Shown one piece after another: positions 52,915 through 62,947 of a stretch of 64,000 bases of DNA. The DNA is from Nitrososphaeraceae archaeon. GTDB taxonomy: Archaea > Thermoproteota > Nitrososphaeria > Nitrososphaerales > Nitrososphaeraceae. Positions within the stretch are counted from its first letter, which is position 1, and each line of letters starts with the position of its first letter. Position numbers and translations under genes: made by a program. Where the stretch lies: the NCBI GenBank assembly GCA_035297365.1, contig DATGZA010000026.1:1-64000 (forward strand), read 5' to 3'. The notes under the pieces were generated by a model. The model did not search any database. It had not been told where the DNA came from and saw only the letters and a program-made list of their open reading frames with translations.

Positions 52915-54846
52915 TTACTTTGTTAGAAACTCTTCTAACACTTTTTCTGAATTGTCTGCCTTTATAAAAATTGGAATATTTTCTATCCCTGTCGCTATAT
53001 AACTAGATAATAACCATTCCCCTGGAGCAAATTCTAAAGTCTTTTCCAAAATTCCCTGATCAATAGTAAATGTACTGCTTACTACATTTCTATCATACGG
53101 TCTAGGCAATGTGCCCACAAAGTATGTGTGTAATTGCTGTAACGCACTTGTATTTAGATAAGCAATTCGCTGTGTTGCTATACATCCCCCTAAACCATAT
53201 TTTCTTCCCTGCCTCAAAAGTGTTTCAACTTCCTGACTGCATTCTTTATCTATTCCTCTAGAATTTGATAAATCGGCAACAAATTCTTGTGCTTCATCAA
53301 AGACAAATAAAACATATGGTCTTACCTTAAACTGTCTTTTTCTTCTCCTCAATATTTCATTACTTATATTTATCACAATGTCTTTAATTTTATATGGATC
53401 TGAAATTGACAAACATACGAGTCTGGTATCTCCATCAATCATATTGATAATCTGGTCAGTTGTAAATCCATCATCCGATTTCTTGCTATCGTTCTTCTGT
53501 ATACTGTTTATTAAATATTCTAGACTTGCTGCCCATCCGAATAATGTAGATTTTTCATTCACCTTGAATTTTTCCATTGCTTGAAGAGCGTGTGTAACTA
53601 ATAATTGAACAAATCTTTCATTTATTGGATCTTTTTCTGCAAGTTCATTTTGATTTATGAATTCAACTATTTTTCTTTGAATTTCACCAATTGCACTTAT
53701 GTAATGTGGTCTGTTAGAAGATTCCTCTCTTAATTTGTATAATTGTTCTAATATCATATGAAATGTAGGCGTAACATCCTGGGGTTTTATGAAATGTGAT
53801 ACTATTCCTTTGTCATATATTTTGGCGAGGGAACGTCTAACATTTTCATCCTCCTCGTAATCTCTAGGTTTAACGACAGAAATATAGAATTGATCAGAAT
53901 TCTTGATTGGAGATTCTAGAATGATCTTTGATTTTATAGCTGAATTATTAAAAACATCCATCAATAGAAACGGATATTCTGATGAAATATCAAAGATCAC
54001 TATCTTATTATCAGAACTTCCTAACAAGATTTTCCTCAACAGATTTGATAAAAGATTACTTTTACCTCCTCCAGTAAAAGAAAAAATTCCAAAGTGATAT
54101 CTTATCATGTTGTCATAGTTGACAAATATCGGTATTTTCTCCTTTGAATTTTCAAACATTTTTATTATTCCAATGTTTTGTTCATTGATATCTAGCGTAG
54201 CCCCATTCTTTGCTTTTTCTTTTTCTTTTTGTAACTGTTCTAATATCTTTTTATTATACATATCTCGTATGGTTTCTGCATTAAGAAGATATGCCTCATC
54301 ACCAATTATTGGGTATGAGAAACCTTTTGCAAACTCATAACTTCCATCATCTTCATGAATTATTAAATCATAGTTAATAGGAATTGTGCTTAATTGTATC
54401 ATCATTGTGGACATATCATCACCCTCCCAATCCATTACTGATTGTTCTATTACTTCAAACTGCATAGGGTAGTAAGTAGAATCCGATAAACCCCTAAGTC
54501 CATAATGATCTGGCCATATCCTTGATATTACTAACAGTGTAAATCTCTTATCGCTAGAATTTTCAGTTCTATCCTCAGTTTTTTTCTGATTCTCGGTTTT
54601 TGATTTAAAATTTCTAACGGCTACAATCATACCCTCTTCAAGAAGACGCATTATATCTTTATGATATCCTGCCTTTATTCTGCAATCATATCTTGCAGAA
54701 ATTGGAGCATTCTCTGATGCGTTAAAAATTTTAGTGGGTATTACTGCACCCAATCTGCCTTTGAATCTACCCTCAAAATCTGTAAAAATTGATGAAAATA
54801 TCCTGTCACTATTAACTTTTTTATTATTATCTTCTGTTTGATTCAA
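52915..54846 (-). CDS. HerA/FtsK-family ATPase (DUF87)
   Basis: HFGIFSFTGGGKSN, VIFDISSEY, FVFDEAQEF, RQGRKYGLG..IATQR. Confidence 0.9.
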   Translation of the reverse strand: MNQTEDNNKKVNSDRIFSSIFTDFEGRFKGRLGAVIPTKIFNASENAPISARYDCRIKAGYHKDIMRLLEEGMIVAVRNFKSKTENQKKTEDRTENSSDKRFTLLVISRIWPDHYGLRGLSDSTYYPMQFEVIEQSVMDWEGDDMSTMMIQLSTIPINYDLIIHEDDGSYEFAKGFSYPIIGDEAYLLNAETIRDMYNKKILEQLQKEKEKAKNGATLDINEQNIGIIKMFENSKEKIPIFVNYDNMIRYHFGIFSFTGGGKSNLLSNLLRKILLGSSDNKIVIFDISSEYPFLLMDVFNNSAIKSKIILESPIKNSDQFYISVVKPRDYEEDENVRRSLAKIYDKGIVSHFIKPQDVTPTFHMILEQLYKLREESSNRPHYISAIGEIQRKIVEFINQNELAEKDPINERFVQLLVTHALQAMEKFKVNEKSTLFGWAASLEYLINSIQKNDSKKSDDGFTTDQIINMIDGDTRLVCLSISDPYKIKDIVINISNEILRRRKRQFKVRPYVLFVFDEAQEFVADLSNSRGIDKECSQEVETLLRQGRKYGLGGCIATQRIAYLNTSALQQLHTYFVGTLPRPYDRNVVSSTFTIDQGILEKTLEFAPGEWLLSSYIATGIENIPIFIKADNSEKVLEEFLTK

Positions 54847-56734
54847 ATGCCTGTCTCTTCTCCCTAAATGTATTCATGTAATATACAAAGTTTTTCAAAT
54901 TTTTATTGCAACTAATCAGATGACCAGTAGAATCAACTATATTTCTGAATTCTTCATTATGCCATTTTGCTACTTTATCGGCTACAAATAATGCTCTATT
55001 ATGTCCAAAAGCCTCGCCTATGTTTGAACCACTCATCGATTTTAATAAAACTAATAACAGATTCTGAATCTCATTTTTACAATTTTTATTCTTAAATAAA
55101 AAAAATTTAATCAACTCTATGTTTGAATAATCATGCTTGAACTGAATAATATTATCATTTGAACTAAGATCGATTTCTGGATATGCCAATCTATCTATTG
55201 CCAAAACATTGCTTCTTAGTTTTTTATCCCTATTTGATTTCCCCAATTGGACAAATGACCTTAGAAATAACTGGCTTTGGATTATGTTATTTTTTATAGC
55301 ACCACTTACATACCCTTCTCTGTTTCGAAAATCTGGAATTGTCATAACAAATGCCGCATCATATTCTATCAAACTCCACGGTACATTTATTTTCTGGTTA
55401 TTTAAAATACTTAAAAATTGAAGTAACATTCTGTCAGTACTGGGTCCATCTTCAAGACTGCTTTTTAGTTTCTCATTATAAGTCCAAATCTTATTTCGTA
55501 AACATATTGGAATTACATGATTTTTGAATTCTTTAGCAGTAGTATCCTTCGTGATTCCAATTAATAAAATATTATTCTTCCAGCATTCTTCTATGAGCAT
55601 ATAAAAACTAAATAAAGTTAAAAACGAAAGGTCAAGTGTAGTAAGCCATTCTTTCTTACCTTTTTCCTTTGTTAAAACAAAAGGTTCATTTTCATCTGTA
55701 AAGATTTTATCTCCCAATTCCTGGACTAATTTCTTTATTCTTGTCCATGTAGATCTGTATTTCTCTATAATTGTATATTTTTTATCTTTTTCATTTTCTA
55801 TAATTATGCCCTCCTTTATTGACGTCTGAATATATGTATTTATTCTATTACGTGTACTTTTATTATCATTTATTTTAAGAATTTCGATTATTTGATCTAA
55901 ACTTATCTCGTCTGGATATATTTTAGATAGTAATATGAAAATGGAATATCTGAGATAATTACCTCTTGGCGATGGAAGATTCAATTGTTCGTTGATTAGA
56001 TTATAACGTCCTATAGTTAGATCATTTATATCTAGTTTTTGATCGTCTATATTGTAATCCAAGATGGATAAATTTGTTGACCATAAGTTTCTGTTTGAAG
56101 TATCGTATAATAGGCTAGAGTACATATTAGATAAGCTTCTATCCATCAATATTATATCGTGACTTTTAGCAGAGGCATATTTGTAAGCAAGATAAAATTC
56201 TGAGAAAGTCATAAGAAAATTTGCAACATTTGTATTGTTTATTATTGCCTCTTCAGTAAAAGAGCTGGTCAAATTTATCTTTCCATCTAAATCATGAAAA
56301 GTGCGATCTATCTCAGGTATTTTGTCGATATATACAGGCACACAGCTGGATACATCACTAGAATGCTCTAAAAATTTATTTTTATACTTGATTTTCAAAT
56401 TGTTCTCTTTTGAAAAATATATACTTCCTTCACATGAATATGCGCCAGCATAAAAAATCATCATATCAAAAAGCGGTCTAGAATATTCTGTACCATCTAT
56501 TGCTACAAAATTCAAGACTTCTTTATCAAATAATTTTTTAACCGATTTGACTGCATCATCTATATTATATTTATCTATTATTAGATCTTTGAATAATTCA
56601 TCATAGACTTTATTGATCTTTGGAAATTTGTCTTCGTATTCTTTTATCTGATATAAAGCAGTATTTCTCAAAATATTTCCAGTTTTCACTATTTTTGATC
56701 TCAAGACTGGTGATGACCTTGGTTCCTTCTCCAA
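54827..56734 (-). CDS. Large NurA-like nuclease with an inserted winged-helix-like segment
   Basis: FVAIDGT, FSEFYLA, IILMDRSL, LIGITKD, FGHNRALFVADKVAK; overlaps the ATPase gene by 20 bp. Confidence 0.75.
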   Translation of the reverse strand: MEKEPRSSPVLRSKIVKTGNILRNTALYQIKEYEDKFPKINKVYDELFKDLIIDKYNIDDAVKSVKKLFDKEVLNFVAIDGTEYSRPLFDMMIFYAGAYSCEGSIYFSKENNLKIKYKNKFLEHSSDVSSCVPVYIDKIPEIDRTFHDLDGKINLTSSFTEEAIINNTNVANFLMTFSEFYLAYKYASAKSHDIILMDRSLSNMYSSLLYDTSNRNLWSTNLSILDYNIDDQKLDINDLTIGRYNLINEQLNLPSPRGNYLRYSIFILLSKIYPDEISLDQIIEILKINDNKSTRNRINTYIQTSIKEGIIIENEKDKKYTIIEKYRSTWTRIKKLVQELGDKIFTDENEPFVLTKEKGKKEWLTTLDLSFLTLFSFYMLIEECWKNNILLIGITKDTTAKEFKNHVIPICLRNKIWTYNEKLKSSLEDGPSTDRMLLQFLSILNNQKINVPWSLIEYDAAFVMTIPDFRNREGYVSGAIKNNIIQSQLFLRSFVQLGKSNRDKKLRSNVLAIDRLAYPEIDLSSNDNIIQFKHDYSNIELIKFFLFKNKNCKNEIQNLLLVLLKSMSGSNIGEAFGHNRALFVADKVAKWHNEEFRNIVDSTGHLISCNKNLKNFVYYMNTFREKRQAFESNRR

Positions 56735-57085
56735 ATAAGAATGATTTAGGAAAAATAATTATAAGGTTTTCTATTTGTGGCAGAAGAGGCTATCATGAGT
56801 ATCAACCCGTATTCATTTCATATGTCAAGACAGGTTTTCAGAATTCTTGTATGTGTTTCATTCTTAAATCATTGTGTTGATATTTGTTTAACAGAAAAAT
56901 CATATCAGCACAATCGACTTTCACTGTAATCGAATTCTGATTTTATAATCTTTGTATTTTTTAAATCTTAATCAAGTTCATTCAATAAGATTTTGACCAG
57001 ATGGACAATCAATTTTCAAATTGACTGAATATGATATTGTGATCTGTACCTAAAGTTTACTTCTTAGTAATTCTAATAACATTTC

Positions 57086-58078
57086 GTGGATTTTGAAGAC
57101 TTAAAGGATTTCATTAAAAATAAAATGAAAATGCAACATGTTTATCAGCCAGTTATGATAAAGACTCTTCTCAAATCCGATAAAAACAGAGTATCGACTC
57201 GTATTATTGCTAAAGAATTCTCCAATCTGGATGAAAGTCAGATTGACTACTATAAAGTAATAACCAGACAGATGCCTGGGAGAGTTTTAAAGAAACACGG
57301 TGTAGTTTTTGAAACATTGGACGGATATTCCCTTAATATTTCTTATTTGACTGAATCGCAAAGAAGAGATCTAATTGATCTTTGTGACCAGAAAATAGGT
57401 GAATATATTCATACAAAGGGAGGAGAACGTAGACTCTGGCTATATCGTATGAAAAGTACTTCTTACGTTCCAGGAACTTTAAGATTCGAGGTATTAAAAC
57501 GTGCAAAAGGAAGATGTGAATTATGTGGAATTCCTGCAAGTCAAAAATTCCTTCAAGTTGACCACATCCTTCCCAGAAATAAAGGTGGAAAATCTACAAT
57601 TGACAATTATCAAGCATTGTGTTACACATGTAATTCACAAAAAATGGATAAAGACAGTACTGATTTTAGAGAGTGGAAATTTATTTATGATAAAAAGGAG
57701 AAAGAATGTCCATTTTGTGATATGAATCACATTTTCTCGAAGATAATAGATAAAAACGGTTCTGCTGTTGCCTTCAAAGATAAATATCCTGTTGTTAAAG
57801 ATCATACTCTAGTAATACCTTTCAGACATGTAACTTCTTTTTTTGAGCTGGGTAATTTTGAAAAAAGAGCATGCCTGTTATTAGTTGAAAGTGTACGGAA
57901 AAAGGTACTGGAAGGTGACAGAACCATAACAGGTTTTAATGTTGGTTTCAATGATGGATTAGATGCAGGTCAGACAATATTTCACTGTCATATTCATGTT
58001 ATACCAAGAAGAAAGAATGATGTTCAAAATCCTGCTGGTGGCATAAGAAATGTTATACCTGGTAAAGGAATATACTGA
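57086..58078 (+). CDS. HNH endonuclease - HIT hydrolase fusion
   Basis: CELCG..VDHILPRNKGG.....NYQALCYTCNSQK; CPFC, DKYPV..H.LVIP.RH, NDG..AGQTIFHCHIHVIPR. Confidence 0.9.
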   Translation: MDFEDLKDFIKNKMKMQHVYQPVMIKTLLKSDKNRVSTRIIAKEFSNLDESQIDYYKVITRQMPGRVLKKHGVVFETLDGYSLNISYLTESQRRDLIDLCDQKIGEYIHTKGGERRLWLYRMKSTSYVPGTLRFEVLKRAKGRCELCGIPASQKFLQVDHILPRNKGGKSTIDNYQALCYTCNSQKMDKDSTDFREWKFIYDKKEKECPFCDMNHIFSKIIDKNGSAVAFKDKYPVVKDHTLVIPFRHVTSFFELGNFEKRACLLLVESVRKKVLEGDRTITGFNVGFNDGLDAGQTIFHCHIHVIPRRKNDVQNPAGGIRNVIPGKGIY

Positions 58079-58198
58079 TAGTTCCGTAAAATTTGCATAT
58101 TTGGATGATCGTTAATTGCTTCTACTGCTTTGTTGCAATTGATTTAGATATCCATCTATTTTTCATAAATAACTGGTAATCATGTAACGCTTATACTT

Positions 58199-58490
58199 CT
58201 AAAAGTTATATATTGATACTTTTAATATTATCTGCTTTACAACGTTTTATAATCTGATGGTAATAACACATTATCTAAAGATTCTCTTGATACAATAGAA
58301 GACAGATTCTAAAATCCGTCTCTGTCCATGTTTAACGTTATCCTTAAATTCTTGCAAATTTTTTTTCTGCATCTTTACACTCTTGTTTCCTAGGTGGTGA
58401 TTCATCTTCATATGAAATTCTTTCTTACTTTTATTGCTGGCTAGAAACAAAACTCGTATGACTTGGCATATGGGTAATATGATCAGTTTA
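58199..58490 (-). pseudogene. IS5-family transposase C-terminal relic
   Basis: PAIKVRKN, KDNVKHGQRRILESVFYCIKRIF, IILKVSIYN. Confidence 0.7.
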
Positions 58491-58659
58491 CTAAGAATTT
58501 TAAAAGTTCAATAGTGTACATTAAATTGTAGACGTACTAAAAATTGACTTTCTTTAAAACTCTTCGGTTTTAACAATAAGTAGTATTTCGAGTAATTGAC
58601 AAACTTTCGGTCATATTCCTCTTATCGAGAATATTCCTTATAGATTTGCTAAATTTTGT

Positions 58660-58922
58660 TGTTTATCTAGAAAATGACAACTTTTCAGATCATTTACTGG
58701 ACTGCAACTATCTGAATTTGATTCAATTTACGGGGAAATAGAATCAAGATATCAAAAATACGAGATAAAACGTATCTCTAAAAGAGAAAACGCACAAGAC
58801 CAATAGAAGCAGGAGATAAACGCTTTAAACATACAGTAAAAGACAGATTTCTCATGCTTTTAGTATACTACACAATGTACATAACACATACACTTTCTGG
58901 ATTTCTGTTTGACCTGCACCAC
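58660..58922 (+). pseudogene. IS5-like (HTH/DDE_Tnp_4-type) transposase N-terminal relic
   Basis: LFRSFTGLQLSEFDSIY..., EAG..RFK..VKDRFLMLLVYY..YIT.TLSGFLFDL. Confidence 0.7.
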
Positions 58923-59271
58923 AAAAGATTGTTAGCATCTGATTCTACGACACTCAGAGTTAAGAGGCGTATTACATAAGGCATGGATTGGTTATGTTAT
59001 AGTTTGTATCAAGTGGTAGTTTGATAAGAAAATCTATTATGCATGAGTGATTAGAAAACTAGAGAAAGAGTTAAGGATAACGGTCTGACATTTTGAATGT
59101 CTTGATGGTTTAGAAAATTAAAATATACTTCAGTATTGGTTCTTATACAATTTCTTATACAATCGTTCAATTAACAGATTCTATATTTGTTCTTAGATAA
59201 AGACAATTATGTGGATAGATTACATAAGTACGACAGGAAATAAATTGAAGATATAATTTTATATTCAGTAC

Positions 59272-60357
59272 TTGAATAGCGAGGATTCTTGGCTTTTATT
59301 TAGAGGAGATGAAGAGCGAAGTGGTGTTTTTGCAGGTAAATTACAACGAGAGTTATCACTATTTTGGGTCATTGAATTAGAACCTATGATATCTTCTCCT
59401 ATTTTTCATAATGATATTGTATATAACTCAACTATAACTGGTAAAATTTTCGCTGTTAATGCCTACAGGAAAAAGATCGTTTGGCAAAAAAATATAGAAA
59501 ACCCATTAGTCTCATCATTATTACTCCACGACAATTTATTAATATCATGTACTTTCAATTCATGGATTATTAAACAAGATTCCAAATCTCTTGAAAAGAA
59601 TTTGATTTATGCTTTAGATATCTCTAAAGAAGGAAAAGAGGAATGGAAAGTACAAATACCAGGAGACATTTTTTCATCTCCTTGTGTCTGCCATGGGAAG
59701 ATAATAGTAGTAGGGTCGCTTGATTCCAAAATTTACGCAATCGACTTGAGAGGAAATATTATATGGACATTTAATACAGGTGGTTCTATTTGGTCTTCGC
59801 CATCTACAAATAACCAAGAAATATTTATTGGTTCTGATGATTTTTTTCTCTATAGTTTTGATCTAAATGGTAAGTTAAATTGGAAGACTATGTTGGAAGA
59901 CAAAATTAGAGCTACACCCAGTTTGATGCAATCAAGTAATTCTGTATTTATAGGTACACACAACGGTATAATGTATTGTCTAGATCAATCAGATGGTTCT
60001 ATCAAATGGAAATATGAAACTGGTAAACCTATTCTTTCTTCAGTCGCCAAATCAAAAGATCATATTTTCTTTGGATGTTCTGACAAATGTATTTATTCAT
60101 TAAACTCTACTGATGGTTCTATCAAATGGAAATATGAAACTGGAGACAAAATATGGTCTTCACCTGTGATAACACGGGATGGCGGAATACTATTTGTAGG
60201 CTCTTTAGATTCTCATATATATGGTTTAGATATCGAAACCGGCAGGGTAAACTGGAAATTTCCTACAATGGATGCAATAGAATCATCTCCATGTATTGCC
60301 AAAAACATGTTGTTTATAAACTCAAAAGATGGTCTATTGTATTGTTTTAGTAATTAA
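59272..60357 (+). CDS. PQQ-like / BamB-like beta-propeller
   Basis: Repeats of SSP....V.GS.D..IYA.D..G...W.F.T. Confidence 0.9.
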   Translation: MNSEDSWLLFRGDEERSGVFAGKLQRELSLFWVIELEPMISSPIFHNDIVYNSTITGKIFAVNAYRKKIVWQKNIENPLVSSLLLHDNLLISCTFNSWIIKQDSKSLEKNLIYALDISKEGKEEWKVQIPGDIFSSPCVCHGKIIVVGSLDSKIYAIDLRGNIIWTFNTGGSIWSSPSTNNQEIFIGSDDFFLYSFDLNGKLNWKTMLEDKIRATPSLMQSSNSVFIGTHNGIMYCLDQSDGSIKWKYETGKPILSSVAKSKDHIFFGCSDKCIYSLNSTDGSIKWKYETGDKIWSSPVITRDGGILFVGSLDSHIYGLDIETGRVNWKFPTMDAIESSPCIAKNMLFINSKDGLLYCFSN

Positions 60358-60966
60358 GAAGAACAGGTCTATTTACCTCATTTATCTTTGCTCCGATAAA
60401 TGGAATAATACTGCAAGTATTTTGGCCATGCAATATGTACTCTCACTTGAAGGCGAGATGATAAAAAGTTGACTGGAGTCGATAAATCTACATTCAAAGT
60501 AACTGATAGTAATTAAGAAAATAGTGATATTCCAACAGTATCGCTGATAATAAATAAGAAACATTCAATTTTAGTCTCTCTGGGTAATATCCTAAGTTCC
60601 TTGGCTAGTAATTAATTGATGAATCAATACAAGACACAGACTCTAAATTTCTCACTGTTTCTTTTAATAAGATTGATTCAATCGCTACGTAAAATCTTGT
60701 TATTTTTTCTTGAAAAAAAATTTGAAAATAACATACATTCAATGTTTTTATCTAGAAAATACAGAGTATGTATGCCATAACACTTCAATCTATCCTGGTA
60801 ACTATGGTAATGTGATAGAGGGGTATTAGCTTTTGGTATATATAGGGTTTTTAATTGGTGTTTGATGGAAAATACCACTGAAAATGAGTAGATATAAACA
60901 ACAAAAAAATTGTAGATATAAACAACAAACTTCATGTAATAACGATCATTTGTTGTATTTTTATTA

Positions 60967-61395
60967 CTATCGTGGCTCCAGTAATGGTTCTTCAATTTCA
61001 ATCAATTTTTTTACTATATTTGTTAATTCGTTAATCTTTATTGGCTTTTCTAAAATTTTATCAATCTTTAGATTTTCTAATTCATTAGTATCATAGTTGT
61101 TAGTGATTCCGTCTTCTAAGTACGCACTAATTAATATTATTTTTATTTTAAACCCATCATCGATTTCCCTAATTTTTTTTATTAAATCTATTCCCCCTAT
61201 TTTAGGCATTTTATAATCTGTTATCACAAGGGAGCAGTTTGGATTATAACAAATGTATTCTAATAGTTTTGTCGGGTCATTAAAAAGCTGCACATTATAA
61301 CCCTCTGATCTCAAACATTCTCCAAATAATTCCAAGATATCTATTTCATCGTCAACCATTAAAATGGTTTTATTTTCATTTTCAAGAGATATCAT
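60967..61395 (-). CDS. Stand-alone response-regulator receiver
   Basis: VDDE, ITDYKMP..GG, ISA, KP. Confidence 0.92.
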   Translation of the reverse strand: MISLENENKTILMVDDEIDILELFGECLRSEGYNVQLFNDPTKLLEYICYNPNCSLVITDYKMPKIGGIDLIKKIREIDDGFKIKIILISAYLEDGITNNYDTNELENLKIDKILEKPIKINELTNIVKKLIEIEEPLLEPR

Positions 61396-61848
61396 TTGAA
61401 ATCCTTATATATAATGTTGTGATATACTTATATTTAGGCATTATCTATTCGATTGATTTTGTACAAGTATGTTTTTTTAATTTTCTTAAAAAAAATAATC
61501 GCGATTAATTCAATATCTTTTTCGCTAATAAAAAAATCTCTATAAACCTATCCTCGTGTCCATTCTTCTATTCTTATAGTTCTTGGCCTGTTTGAGGATT
61601 TTTTATTATTTTTAGGATCCTTAACATGGAAAATCTCAATTTTACAGTGACTAATTAGTTAAAGAAAAAATCTTTCTCTTGTCCACTTAAACGAAATAAA
61701 TCCAAACATTAAAGATTGATATTATAATTTTGTAATAAAGGATATTTTCAAGAGAGTTGTAGTATTAGAAACGCTTGGCAATATCTTCAAGATATTATAT
61801 TGACTTAAATGAGAACACGTCGTCCACATATAAATATAATTGGCTAAT

Positions 61849-62174
61849 TTAATCGATAGTAGAATTTTCCCGAGATTTGGTATCCTTTATTTTATTTTCA
61901 TCTGCTTAGTAACCTGTAAAACATTCATGAGGAGCTATTACATTAGAAACTCTACCCGTTACATCAACACCATCTTCCTCAACCACCATAAATTTTCCAT
62001 CATGAGCATCAATCCAATATATACACTTATAACATAAATAGCCTTCGTATAAATTTGAATAAAGAAATTTATCGTATTGTACATAAGAAGCCTCTAATTT
62101 GCTAACTTTTTTGAATTTAGATAAATTGTCTATTTGATCTACACGTCTTGTATATTTTCCTTTACAGAACTCAT
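61849..62174 (-). pseudogene. Decayed HiPIP-like small Cys protein
   Basis: KVSKLEASY...GYLCYKCIYW.....KFMVV...IAPHECFTGY*, with one frameshift and one stop. Confidence 0.4.
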
Positions 62175-62947
62175 GATATCTTTAGCTCCAATTAATTACG
62201 ATACTATAGCATACATAAGTCATAAGGAGTTATTATTCTAATTTTTTATTTTTAACATCTGGTACATTAGTTTGAAAAGTAGAACATTTATTATCCTGGA
62301 TATAGTACAAGCAATTATAACATAAATAACCTTTATTTAAATCAGAATTCTTAAATATATCTACCTATAAATATCCTGATGCCGCTTTTGAAATTTTTAG
62401 ATAGTTTTTACTTTCATCGATAGTTTCCCTTAAAGACATCTCTTTACTAATACTCTTTATTTATGAAATAAGTTATAGACAATAAAAATATATGTTATAA
62501 TAATAAATATTATTATTTAAATAGAATGAATCTATAGAATATGATCATCATCAATGTAGATGTACTTAAGAAAACTAATATTTCTCATTCGATCGGTACC
62601 AGCAAATAGTAAAATTATTTCTCGATACTTTTTATGTATGGATATAGAAATTCTGAAAACTGAATTTTCAATGTTGTAATATCGTTTAAAAAAAATAAAT
62701 TCTATTATTAGAGTAGTATAAAAAGTAATGGATAGAAAAGTAACGTGATTTAAATGTGTTATTTTGTTAAATATATAAAAATGAAACTACAAAAATCAAT
62801 AACAGTCAGTATATTAGTAAGCATCCACTTCTATTAGACCTATTATCATGTTATGACTCTTCTGCATGCCTGAATTTCAATAGTCCAAAAGAGATTATGA
62901 AAATTATACCAAAAACTATTTAATAATACCAACTTTTTAAATTTATT

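Noticed and set aside
5193-62037. Numerous antisense or nested short ORFs in the ORF track (e.g. 5193, 6503, 10597, 30020, 35603, 36903, 43898, 47023, 53378, 57333, 61840)
   Set aside because: Shadows of well-supported genes or relics, with no motifs of their own.
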